The notes beneath the pieces are model-generated. The model did no database searches, was not told the origin of the DNA, and saw only the letters and a program-made list of their open reading frames with translations. A DNA stretch of 18,410 nucleotides from Erysipelotrichaceae bacterium MTC7 (lineage in GTDB: Bacteria; Bacillota_I; Bacilli_A; Erysipelotrichales; Erysipelotrichaceae), in assembly GCA_001695645.1 (NCBI GenBank), contig LVZN01000026.1, positions 1-18,410 on the forward strand. The letters run 5' to 3'. Positions 1 to 11,961 of the stretch are shown one piece after another (within the stretch, counting starts at the first letter, position 1; every line of letters begins with the position of its first letter). The translations under genes were made by a program, and so were the position numbers.

Positions 1-20
1 TTTCACAAATAAATTATACC

Positions 21-62
21 AAAAATAACGCCTATTCTCTTACGAGTTTAGGCGTTATTTTT
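21..62 (-). terminator. Rho-independent, apparently bidirectional terminator downstream of pyrE
   Basis: Perfect 14-bp inverted repeat AAAAATAACGCCTA (21-34) / TAGGCGTTATTTTT (49-62) with a GC core. A-runs and T-runs flank it, so a U-tract follows the hairpin on either strand. It lies 38 nt past the pyrE stop. Confidence 0.75.
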
Positions 63-100
63 ATGATTTGAAGCTGTACTAAGTGTCACAGCCCCCTATG

Positions 101-732
101 TTATTTGCTCATCCAAGCATCGCTTGTTGGATCTGCTTTGAATGCTTGTAGTTTTTTTAAGTCTGCTTCTTGAATGTAATCATTTTCAACTGCAGCTTCA
201 AGTAAGTAATCATAATTACTTAATGTACGAAGTTCACAGTTCATATCTTCAAATGCTTGTTTTGCTTTCGGTAACAAGTACGTGAAGATTGCAGCAACAC
301 CTAAGACAACACAACCTGCATCACGCAAAGCATCAATGACATCTTTTACGCTTCCACCAGTTGAAATAAGGTCTTCCACAACCACAACTTTCATACCTGG
401 TGTAACTTTACCTTCAATCTTGTTTTCTTTACCATGGCTCTTATTTGAGCTTCTCACATACCCCATTGGTTTGTATAGTTCTTGTGCAACCATTGCTGCC
501 CAAGGTATTCCAGCTGTTGCTGTTCCCATTAACATATCTGCATCCGGGAATTCGCGACGAATCATTGAGACAAAGCCACTAACGACTGCATCGCGCTTTT
601 CAGGATATGACAAGACCAAACGGTTGTCACAGTAAATTGGACTTTTTATTCCACTTGCCCATGTGAATGGGTCATTTGGACGTAAATAAACAGCTTCTAC
701 ATCAAGTAGGTTTTTTGCAATTACTTTTTCAT

Positions 733-736
<4 letters not shown>
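101..736 (-). CDS. pyrE: Orotate phosphoribosyltransferase
   Basis: 211-aa ORF. PRPP-binding motif [13 protein letters not shown] and N-terminal [16 protein letters not shown] are typical of type-I OPRTases. The 4-nt ATGA overlap with pyrF places it last in the pyr operon. Confidence 0.95.
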
Positions 737-3069
<2,333 letters not shown>

Positions 3070-3073
<4 letters not shown>

Positions 3074-6000
3074 TCATGTTCCCCCATTGGAATTGCCGAG
3101 AAGCTTTGTGCTTCAATAACTTTTAAAATTGCACTAGCCGTGTCTAAGCTTGTTAGACATGAGATTCCATTTTCAGCAGAGAAGCGGCGAATTAAGAATC
3201 CATCATCACGTGAACCTTTATCTTGACTCATCGTGTTAACAACATAGTCAACTTTTCCCTTGATGATTAGATCAAGAACATCGTTTTCTGCTTGTTCGAC
3301 TTTCGCGACTTCTTCTACACGAATTCCATGTTCTTTTAAGTAGTTACAAGTTCCACTTGTTGCAAAAATTCCATAGCCAATTTCTTCAAATCGACGTGCG
3401 ATATCTAGTGCTTCTTCTTTATTTTCGTTTGCAATTGTCATAAGCACACTTCCGTGTAATGGAATTTTTGTTCCTGCTGCAACCATCGCTTTATATAATG
3501 CTTTTTCTAATGTTTCATCCGAACCTAACGATTCTCCTGTACTCTTCATTTCTGGCCCTAGTGTTGTATCTACCGAACGTAGTTTTGCAAAAGAGAATAC
3601 TGGTGCTTTTACATAGACACGTTCACTTTCACGTTTGATTCCTTCTAGGTATCCTTGTTTAATCAAACTTTGTCCCATGATCGCTTTTGTGGCAATGTTT
3701 GCCATTGGCACATTTGTAATCTTAGAAAGGAATGGAACGGTTCTTGAACTTCTTGGGTTTACCTCAAGTACATAAAGGTTATCATCTTTATCAACGATGA
3801 ATTGAATGTTAAACAATCCAATGAAGTTGAATCCTTTTCCAATTTTTGTTGTGTATTCAATGATTTTATATTTGATATCTTTGCTTAAAGTTTGCGTTGG
3901 ATATACGGAAATAGAATCTCCTGAGTGGACTCCCGCACGCTCGATATGCTCCATAATTCCAGGAATGTAGACATTTTCACCGTCACAGATTGCATCTGTT
4001 TCCACTTCTTTACCAACGATGTACTTATCCACAAGAATTGGTGCATCATGGCTAATTTCTTTCATCGCATTCGTCATGTACACTTTTAAATCTTTATCCG
4101 TGTGTACAATTTCCATGGCTCTACCACCAAGTACATAACTTGGGCGCACAAGCACTGGATATCCAATACGACTTGCAATTGCTAGGGCTTCATCAACCGT
4201 AATAGCTGTTTCACCTTGTGGTTGTGGAATATCTAATTTACGTAACATCGCTTCGAATTCGTAACGGTCTTCAGCTTTGTTGATGTTGTCGACACTAGTT
4301 CCTAAAATTTTCACACCACGACGTTGCAATCCATCTGCAAGGTTGATGGCAGTTTGTCCACCAAACTGCACAATGACACCTTCAGGATTCTCTAAATCCA
4401 CAATGTGCATAACATCTTCTAGTGTTAATGGTTCAAAGTAAAGTTTATCTGAGATAGAGAAATCCGTAGAAACGGTTTCTGGGTTATTATTCACAACAAT
4501 TGCTTCATATCCAGCTTCACGTAAAGCTAGAACACAGTGAACAGTTGCATAATCGAATTCCACTCCTTGACCAATTCGAATCGGTCCTGAACCTAGTACG
4601 ATAACTTTCTTTGAATCCGAACGAATGCTTTCGTTTTCATCTAAGTAGGTTGAGTAGAAATATGGTGTTTTACTTTCAAACTCACCTGCACATGTATCAA
4701 CCATCTTGTAGACTGGAATAATATTTTCTTGTTTACGCAAGTTGTAAAGTTCATCTTCATGCATATTCCAAACACGTGCAATATACGAATCAGAGAATCC
4801 ATTACGTTTCACTTTGCGTAAGGTTTCTACATCTTTTACGTTATATTTTAATTCTTCTTCCATTTTGTGGATATTTTTAAGTTTTGCTAAAAAGAATGGG
4901 TCAATCATCGTTAATGCGAAGATATCTTTAAATTCAGCTCCACGACGAATCAATTCCATAACCGCATAGATTCTTTCATCATCACGCCATTTTGCTTTTT
5001 TCCACAATTCTTCTTCACTCATATCATCCATTTCTTTTATTTGGATGTGATCTACTTTCATTTCAATGGAACGAATAGCTTTTAATAAAGCTTCTTCAAA
5101 ATTACGTCCCATACTCATGACTTCTCCAGTCGCTTTCATTTGTGTTCCTAAACGACGGTCTGCACTTGGGAATTTATCAAATGGGAATCTTGGTAATTTT
5201 GCCACAATGTAGTCAATACTTGGTTCAAAACAAGCAAATGAAGTTTGTGTTACGGGGTTTAAAATCTCATCAAGCGTTAAACCAACTGCCACTTTTGCAG
5301 CAAGTTTTGCAATTGGATATCCCGTTGCTTTACTTGCAAGTGCTGAAGAACGAGAAACCCTTGGGTTTACCTCAATGACATAGTAGTTAAATGAATGTGG
5401 ATCCAAGGCAAGTTGGACGTTACATCCACCACAGATTTCAAGTGCGCGAATGATATCCAATGAAGCATTACGTAGCATTTGGTGTTCACGATCGCTTAAG
5501 GTTTGCACTGGTGCAACAACAATACTATCTCCGGTGTGAATTCCTACGGGATCCACATTTTCCATCGAACATACCATAATGGCATTATCGTTGTTATCAC
5601 GCATAACCTCGTATTCAATTTCTTTGAATCCGGCAATGCTTTTTTCAATCAAACATTGTGTTACGGGAGATAATTTCAATCCATTTTTCGCAATGTCTTT
5701 TAATTCTTCATCATCTCTGGCGAAACCTCCACCAGTTCCTCCTAAGGTAAATGCAGGACGAACCACAACTGGGTATCCAATCTCATTTGCAAATACTAAG
5801 GCTTCATCAACGGTGTGTACAATCAAACTATCAGGAATTGGTTGACCAAGTTCTTCCATCAAAGCTTTAAACTTTTCACGGTCCTCGGCTTTTTCAATTG
5901 CATCTAATTTTGTCCCTAAAATTTCGACACCTTCTTTTTCAAGAATACCAGCGTTTGATAATTCAACAACCAAGTTCAACCCCGTTTGTCCACCTAAGGT

Positions 6001-6264
6001 ACCTAGAATTGCATCTGGTTTTTCTTTATGAATGATTTTAGAAGCAAATTCTAAGGTTAATGGTTCAATGTATACTTTATCTGCAACTTCACGATCTGTC
6101 ATAATCGTTGCAGGATTTGAGTTAATTAAAATGACTTCATATCCTTCTTCACGCAGTGCTTGACACGCTTGGGTTCCAGCATAATCAAACTCAGCAGCTT
6201 GTCCAATGACAATTGGTCCAGAACCAATCACCATGATTTTCTTAATATCGGTACGTTTTGGCAT
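3070..6264 (-). CDS. carB: Carbamoyl-phosphate synthase large subunit (pyrimidine-specific, PyrAB)
   Basis: 1064-aa ORF with duplicated ATP-grasp halves ([24 protein letters not shown] and [22 protein letters not shown]) and a C-terminal MGS-like domain. It lies in a pyr operon context. Confidence 0.97.
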
Positions 6265-7343
6265 TATTTATTTCCCCCTTGTGCATCCATCACTTGCATG
6301 AATTTATCGAATAAGTAGTTTGCATCTTCTGGTCCTGGTGCAGCTTCTGGGTGATATTGCACACTGAACAAGTTCTTTTCTTCACATGCAAGACCTTCCA
6401 CACTACGATCGTTTAAGTTACGGTGCGTGACTGTTAATGTCGTATTTGCCAAACTTTCTTCATTCACTGAGAATGAGTGGTTTTGGCTTGTAATTTCTAC
6501 CTTCCCTGTAAGCAAGTTCATTACAGGTTGGTTTGCTCCACGGTGACCAAATTTCAATTTATCGATTTTTGCACCAGCAGCTAGTGCGATAAGTTGGTGA
6601 CCTAAACAAATCCCAAAAATTGGAATTTGACCAATCAATTCGCGAATGTTTGCGATGGCTTCTGTTAATTCACGAGGGTCTCCAGGACCATTACTCAACA
6701 TAATTCCATCAGGTTTTAAATTCACAACATCTTGTACAGATGATGTGTAAGGCATAATTTTTAAATCACAACCTCGACTTGATAATTCACGAACAATTCC
6801 TTGTTTTGCCCCATAATCGATTAAGACAACACGTCTTCCTCGATTTGGTACTTGGAATGCTTTTTGTGTTGACACCTTTGCCACTTGTCCTGTTGGGTAT
6901 GGTGCTTCTTTTAACATAGCAACAGTTGCATCTACATCCACGTCCATATCTGCCATAATGGCTTTCATCGTACCTTCTTTACGAATCAATTTTGTCAGTT
7001 TTCTAGTATCAATACCTGCAAGTCCAGGAATGTTATTTCCTTTTAGAAATTGGTCAAGACTTTCATCTGAGCGCCAGTTGTTTGGGTACTCACAATATTC
7101 ACTTACCACCAATCCGAAAATCGCTGGGTCAATACTTTCAAAATCATCGCGATTGATTCCATAGTTTCCAATCATCGGATATGTCATCATTACAATTTGT
7201 GCGCAGTAACTTAAGTCACTGATGACTTCTTGATATCCGCTCATACCTGTGTTGAAGACGATTTCTCCTAATTGATAGTTGTTTCCACCGAACGCTTCTC
7301 CAACAAATACGCTTCCGTCTTCTAAAATTAACTGTCTTTTCAT
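6264..7343 (-). CDS. carA: Carbamoyl-phosphate synthase small (glutaminase) subunit (PyrAA)
   Basis: 359-aa ORF. N-terminus [19 protein letters not shown], and a class-I glutamine amidotransferase triad with GICLGHQ and HPE. The stop overlaps the carB start by 1 nt. Confidence 0.96.
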   Translation of the reverse strand: MKRQLILEDGSVFVGEAFGGNNYQLGEIVFNTGMSGYQEVISDLSYCAQIVMMTYPMIGNYGINRDDFESIDPAIFGLVVSEYCEYPNNWRSDESLDQFLKGNNIPGLAGIDTRKLTKLIRKEGTMKAIMADMDVDVDATVAMLKEAPYPTGQVAKVSTQKAFQVPNRGRRVVLIDYGAKQGIVRELSSRGCDLKIMPYTSSVQDVVNLKPDGIMLSNGPGDPRELTEAIANIRELIGQIPIFGICLGHQLIALAAGAKIDKLKFGHRGANQPVMNLLTGKVEITSQNHSFSVNEESLANTTLTVTHRNLNDRSVEGLACEEKNLFSVQYHPEAAPGPEDANYLFDKFMQVMDAQGGNK

Positions 7344-7344
7344 T

Positions 7345-8619
7345 TTAATACCCTCCTGGCTTGTTATATACTATTTTACCATCTACAAATACAGATGCAA
7401 TTTGTGCTGCAACTTTATATCCATCAAATGGTGTATTCTTTCCTTTTGAAACAAATGTTTCTTTATCGATAACGCCTGCTGTTTCATCCCACACAACGAG
7501 ATCTGCATGATATCCTTCTGCTATGTGTCCAACGTTTTCTAAACCAAACCGTGCCGCTGGTTTTTTCGCAATAAACTGTTCAAACTGTCCTAGTGTAAAA
7601 ATTCCAGTTTTCACAAAGTTTGTATAAAGCAAAGGAATGCTTGTTTCCAAAGCGACAATCCCAAATGGTGCTTGCACCATATCTTGTTGCTTTTCCTTTT
7701 CGGTATGTGGTGCATGATCATTGGCGATAAAATCAATGGTTCCATCCAACAAACCGTCAATCAGCGCTTGCCGATCTTCTTTGCTACGTAGTGGCGGATT
7801 CATTTTATCGTTTGTATTGTTTACATCTTCTTCACTTAACAGTAAGTGATGACATGTTACTTCGCCACTAACATTTGCCCCCATCGCTTTGTATGTTTTT
7901 AGTAGTTCTACACTTTCCTTACAACTCATATGACAGATGTGATATGCACAACCTGTTTGATAGGCTAGTTGTAAATCTCTTTCCACTTGTTTATATTCTG
8001 TTTCACTTGGAATTCCAACAAGTCCAAGTTCGTGATTTCGTTTCCCTTCATGCATGCAGCCTGCTTTGGGGCGGTAAGACATATCCTCCGTGTGTGCAAC
8101 AATCATGACGTCATTTGCTTTGGCAAGTTCCATTGCTTGTTTCATCATGTTTGCATCTTGTACACCCACACCATCATCACTAAACCAGCGGATGCCCATT
8201 TGCTTAAGTGCTTGCATATCGACAAGTTCTTGTCCATCTTCAGCTTTTGTAATCGTTGCATATGGATAGGTATGAACCAGTGCATCTTGTTGAATCAGTG
8301 CTTGGTAGGTTTCCATCACTTTTACATTGTCTGGATACGGGTGAACGTTTGGCATCGCAAAGATGCTTGTATACCCACCGTGTGCTGCTGCTTGAGTTCC
8401 AGTAGCAATGGTTTCTTTATTCGTGAAACCAGGTTCTCGTAAATGTACATGTACATCCACGCCCCCAGGCATGACATAAGCCTCTTTTGCATCATAAATT
8501 TCATCTCCATCCAGTTCAATGAAATCGGCAATCCGTTTGATTTTTCCATCTTTGATGCGTATATCCACAATTTTAGTTTCATTGTCTTTAACCACAATTT
8601 TTGCATTTTTTATTAACAT
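7345..8619 (-). CDS. pyrC: Dihydroorotase
   Basis: 424-aa ORF. Amidohydrolase metal-binding motif GGVDVHVHLREPG and a later DHAPH motif. The start overlaps the pyrB stop (TAATG). Confidence 0.95.
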   Translation of the reverse strand: MLIKNAKIVVKDNETKIVDIRIKDGKIKRIADFIELDGDEIYDAKEAYVMPGGVDVHVHLREPGFTNKETIATGTQAAAHGGYTSIFAMPNVHPYPDNVKVMETYQALIQQDALVHTYPYATITKAEDGQELVDMQALKQMGIRWFSDDGVGVQDANMMKQAMELAKANDVMIVAHTEDMSYRPKAGCMHEGKRNHELGLVGIPSETEYKQVERDLQLAYQTGCAYHICHMSCKESVELLKTYKAMGANVSGEVTCHHLLLSEEDVNNTNDKMNPPLRSKEDRQALIDGLLDGTIDFIANDHAPHTEKEKQQDMVQAPFGIVALETSIPLLYTNFVKTGIFTLGQFEQFIAKKPAARFGLENVGHIAEGYHADLVVWDETAGVIDKETFVSKGKNTPFDGYKVAAQIASVFVDGKIVYNKPGGY

Positions 8620-9500
8620 TAGAATTCCTCCTGGAAGACGTATTTCAACATCGCTTTACGCACGTAAACCCCGTTTTCCATTTGTTTGAAAATTCGTGAT
8701 TTACTTGCTTCTACTAAACAATCATCAATTTCAACACCTCGATTGACTGGCGCAGGATGCATAACAATTGCATGCTCTTTTAAGTTTGCATATCGTTCTT
8801 GCGTCAATCCAAACGCTTCTAAGTAGCCCATTTTGTTTTGCATCATTTCTGCTTCATGGCGTTCGTGTTGAATTCTAAGAAGCATCACAACATCCGCCCA
8901 TGCAATCGCTTCATCTAGATCCATGTGTCGTTGTTTGTCGTACATCCACTCTTTTGGACCGGCAAATTTCACCTTGGCTCCTAAGCGAGTTAGAGCTTCA
9001 TCATTGCTTCGAGCGACTCTTGAATGGCTTACATCACCAACAATCACTACATTCAAATCTTCAAACGTGTTGAAGTTCTCATAGATTGTATACAAATCAA
9101 GCAAGCATTGACTTGGATGATTGCCACATCCATCACCTGCATTGATGATAGGTACATCGATATTTTGCAGTTGCGTAAAGTATTCATCTTCTGGGTGACG
9201 AATCACCATTGCTTGATACCCTAACATTGCAAAGGTTTTGATTGTGTCGTACAAGCTTTCTCCTTTTTTTAAAGAACTTGCGTTTGCGTTAAAATCTACC
9301 ACTTTACAATTCAAACCATATTCAGCACTTACAAATGAATAATGTGTTCGTGTACTTGGTTCAAAAAAAAGATTAGCAACTAAGTAGGACTTAGACAAAT
9401 GCCAATCTTTACGTGAAGATGAAAACTGTTTTGCGTCGTGCAAAATGTTGATGATATCCTTGTTTGATAAATCACTCATGGTTAGCAAACTTTTATACAT
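8619..9500 (-). CDS. pyrB: Aspartate carbamoyltransferase catalytic subunit
   Basis: 293-aa ORF. Carbamoyl-phosphate site FFEPSTRT and the HPSQ and HPAPVNRG motifs. GGAGG lies 7 nt upstream of the ATG at 9500. Confidence 0.95.
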   Translation of the reverse strand: MYKSLLTMSDLSNKDIINILHDAKQFSSSRKDWHLSKSYLVANLFFEPSTRTHYSFVSAEYGLNCKVVDFNANASSLKKGESLYDTIKTFAMLGYQAMVIRHPEDEYFTQLQNIDVPIINAGDGCGNHPSQCLLDLYTIYENFNTFEDLNVVIVGDVSHSRVARSNDEALTRLGAKVKFAGPKEWMYDKQRHMDLDEAIAWADVVMLLRIQHERHEAEMMQNKMGYLEAFGLTQERYANLKEHAIVMHPAPVNRGVEIDDCLVEASKSRIFKQMENGVYVRKAMLKYVFQEEF

Positions 9501-9520
9501 CGTCGTTCCTCCAATTTTCT

Positions 9521-9558
9521 AAAAGAAAAGGTCCTTGCATATATGCAAAAGGACCTTT
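9521..9558 (-). terminator. Attenuator terminator in the pyrB leader
   Basis: On the minus strand, AAAGGTCCTTTTGCATAT / ATATGCAAGGACCTTT form a long hairpin with one 2-nt bulge, followed by TTTTCTTTT. This sits just before the pyrB RBS. Confidence 0.8.
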
Positions 9559-9582
9559 ATTGTTCAAAAAAATAAAGTCATT

Positions 9583-9618
9583 GACCTTCTTCACCTCTCT
9601 GGATGATCTTAAAGGACC
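9583..9618 (-). promoter_or_regulatory. PyrR-binding loop (anti-antiterminator) of the pyr attenuator
   Basis: The minus strand reads GGUCCUUUAAGAUCA-UCCAGAGAGG-UGAAGAAGGUC. It contains the conserved PyrR recognition core UCCAGAGAGG (9594-9603) closed by UCA/UGA and CCUU/AAGG stems. The AAGGUCC element is reused in the downstream terminator. Confidence 0.8.
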
Positions 9619-9632
9619 TTTTCATTACAAAT

Positions 9633-9661
9633 ATAATACCAATACTCAACCAAAACATCAA
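9633..9661 (-). promoter_or_regulatory. Candidate sigma-A promoter of the pyr operon
   Basis: On the minus strand, TTGATG (9661-9656), a 17-nt spacer, then TATTAT (9638-9633). It lies about 15 nt upstream of the PyrR-binding loop. Confidence 0.6.
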
Positions 9662-9713
9662 CTAAAAATATTACGAATTTTTATAAGAAGTTTAAACGTT
9701 GATTTGGATTGTA

Positions 9714-10289
9714 TTAATCTAACATTTTTTCAATCTTTTTCGATGGAATCACCCAAGGTAGTAGTGCAACAACATACATAACCATAATCCAAATTGGCGA
9801 GATAAAAACACCAAGTAGGATCCCAAGCACATTTAAGGTGATGGTTATTTTTAGTTTGGTATAACCGGAGCGAACTTGTACCAGTGGTGAGTTTACATCT
9901 TGAATACGTACCAGTTCATGCAACAATAATGCGTACGCTATATCTGACAGCATCAAGATGGTTGCATAAAACAGTTCGGGTGCAAGATCAAACAAGTGTT
10001 CATCTACCCAACGTGTCGCAAATGGTACCAAAGTTAATAAAAAGATAAATAACATGTTGGCCCATAGGACACGTCCATTAATTTTTCTGGCGGCTTGAAA
10101 CATGTGATGATGGTTATTCCAATAAATCGCTAATGATGCAAACGAAATCAAATATACCAAAAACGTATATCGCATCTCAAAAAGGGCAGCGAATGTTGGC
10201 TCTTTGGGAAGTTGTAACTCCAACACCATAATCGTCATCACGATGGCAATAATTGCATCACTGAATGCTTCCAATCGATTTTTACTCAT
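9714..10289 (-). CDS. TMEM175/DUF1211-family membrane protein (putative K+ channel)
   Basis: The N-terminal helix carries the family signature RLEAFSDAIIAIVMTIMVLEL, and roughly six hydrophobic segments follow. The ORF track starts at a GTG (10298). I prefer the in-frame ATG at 10289 (MSKNRLEAF...). A TGACATAAT extended -10-like box lies at 10313-10321. Confidence 0.8.
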   Translation of the reverse strand: MSKNRLEAFSDAIIAIVMTIMVLELQLPKEPTFAALFEMRYTFLVYLISFASLAIYWNNHHHMFQAARKINGRVLWANMLFIFLLTLVPFATRWVDEHLFDLAPELFYATILMLSDIAYALLLHELVRIQDVNSPLVQVRSGYTKLKITITLNVLGILLGVFISPIWIMVMYVVALLPWVIPSKKIEKMLD

Positions 10290-10329
10290 ATCTATCACTT
10301 CTTTCTTTTTTCATTATGTCATAGATGCG

Positions 10330-10363
10330 AAAAAAAAGTGCAGTTGATGCATCGCAACTACAC
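10330..10363 (-). terminator. Rho-independent terminator closing the murF-to-FAD-protein operon
   Basis: On the minus strand, GTGTAGTTG-CGATGCAT-CAACTGCAC forms a 9-bp stem with one G.U pair, followed by T8. It lies 15 nt after the stop of the 527-aa ORF. Confidence 0.75.
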
Positions 10364-10377
10364 GTATGTTTTGTTTT

Positions 10378-11961
10378 TTACTTACAACCTTCATTGTTGT
10401 ATTTGCTAATAATCACTTCCGCACATTTCAATCCATCAATGGCACTGGATGTAATTCCTCCAGCATATCCACTTCCTTCACCAATGGGGTAAAGGTGAGC
10501 TGTTGAAGTACTCTCCATCTTCTCATTGCGACAAATTCGGATAGGAGAGGAAGATCGTGTTTCAACACCGGTTAAAATTGCATTTCCATTTTTGAATGCC
10601 GCATTCTTTTTTTGGAAAGCTTTAATTCCTTCTTGCATTTTATATACAATATTTGCAGGAAGCAGTTTACGCAAGTTGGTGTAGGTTACACCCAAGGGAT
10701 ATGAAGGTTCAATCATTTCCCCATCACTTGCATCTTCTAAAAACTCACTTACACGTTGTGCAGGTGCTTTGTAGTTAGATCCACCAAGTGTATACGCCAA
10801 TCGTTCCAATTTTTCTTGAAATTCCATACCTTTGAAGATACCTTCGCCATAATCACGTTCATCTACTTGCACGAGTATTGCAGCATTTGCATTTTCTTTG
10901 TCTCGTGCATAGTTAGACATTCCATTAACGACAACGTGTCCTTCTTTACTTGTTGCTGCGACGACTTGTCCTCCAGGACACATACAAAACGTATAAACAC
11001 CAGTTCCTTCAACGTTATGCGTTAAGCGATAACTTGCTTGTGGCAAACTATCATGTCCAGCATAGCTATGATACAAAGCCTCATTGATAGCCTTTTGTGT
11101 ATGTTCAATACGCACTCCAACTGCAAATGGTTTACTTTCCATCAAGACACCTTGTGCGTGAAATGCTTGAAAACTATCACGACTGCTGTTTCCTAAAGCA
11201 AGAACGACCACATCACTGTAAATCTCTTGTTTGTTGACGATGATTCCCTTACATACATCCGCTTCAATTAATAAAGCTTCTACTTTGGAATCAAAGTGGA
11301 TACTTCCACCTAAGGCAATGATTTCTTCACGCATACGCTTTGTGACTTCCACAAGAATATCACTACCAATATGTGGATATGCATCATACAAAATTTCATT
11401 TGGTGCACCATGTTGGACAAACATATCATAAACGCGTTGGACTCTTACATCTTTGGTCCGTGCCGTCAATTTTCCATCACTAAACGTTCCAGCTCCACCT
11501 TCACCAAATTGGATGTTGCTTTCTTCATTTAACACTCCCTTTTGATAAAATGCATCAACATCCTTGATGCGTTTTTCAACTTGGCTTCCTCGTTCGAACA
11601 CGCGTGGCCGATATCCCATTTGTGCCAGTTGCAATGCACAAAACATACCGGCCGGACCAAATCCAACGATAATTGGTCGTGTGTGAAGTTCGACGATTCC
11701 AGGATGCAAAGGCGCTTGTGCTTTTGGTTCCAGTTTTCTAACATTGGTTAGTTTTTTTGCTAAGATTGCTTTCTCATCTTTGACACATACATCAATGCTG
11801 TAACTAAAGTATAACTGATGATGACGAGCATCAATGTTTTTACGGTATAAAGCAAAAGATTGAAGATCACTTGCGCGAATCTTCAACTTTTTTAAAATCT
11901 TTTTTTGTAGGTCGTTTTCACTTTCCTGTAAGGAAAGCTTTACTTGATCAAGACGTAACAT
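10378..11961 (-). CDS. Uncharacterised FAD-dependent oxidoreductase-like protein (COG2509-type)
   Basis: 527-aa ORF. Rossmann dinucleotide motif IIVGFGPAGMFCALQLAQMG, followed by GEGGAGTFSDGKL and a C-terminal GEGSGYAGGI. These are characteristic of the widespread 'FAD-dependent protein' family of unknown function. The ATG overlaps the stop of the upstream gene (TAATG). Confidence 0.8.
   Translation of the reverse strand: MLRLDQVKLSLQESENDLQKKILKKLKIRASDLQSFALYRKNIDARHHQLYFSYSIDVCVKDEKAILAKKLTNVRKLEPKAQAPLHPGIVELHTRPIIVGFGPAGMFCALQLAQMGYRPRVFERGSQVEKRIKDVDAFYQKGVLNEESNIQFGEGGAGTFSDGKLTARTKDVRVQRVYDMFVQHGAPNEILYDAYPHIGSDILVEVTKRMREEIIALGGSIHFDSKVEALLIEADVCKGIIVNKQEIYSDVVVLALGNSSRDSFQAFHAQGVLMESKPFAVGVRIEHTQKAINEALYHSYAGHDSLPQASYRLTHNVEGTGVYTFCMCPGGQVVAATSKEGHVVVNGMSNYARDKENANAAILVQVDERDYGEGIFKGMEFQEKLERLAYTLGGSNYKAPAQRVSEFLEDASDGEMIEPSYPLGVTYTNLRKLLPANIVYKMQEGIKAFQKKNAAFKNGNAILTGVETRSSSPIRICRNEKMESTSTAHLYPIGEGSGYAGGITSSAIDGLKCAEVIISKYNNEGCK

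Noticed and set aside
9464-9781. A 105-aa plus-strand ORF spanning the pyrB-TMEM175 intergenic region.
   Set aside because: It runs antisense across the pyr promoter, PyrR-binding loop and attenuator terminator and into both neighbouring genes. RNA regulatory structure explains the region better.
10290-10298. GTG start (10298) for the TMEM175-like gene.
   Set aside because: The ATG three codons downstream (10289) gives an N-terminus directly preceding the conserved RLEAFSD helix, and ATG is the commoner initiator. The evidence is weak either way.
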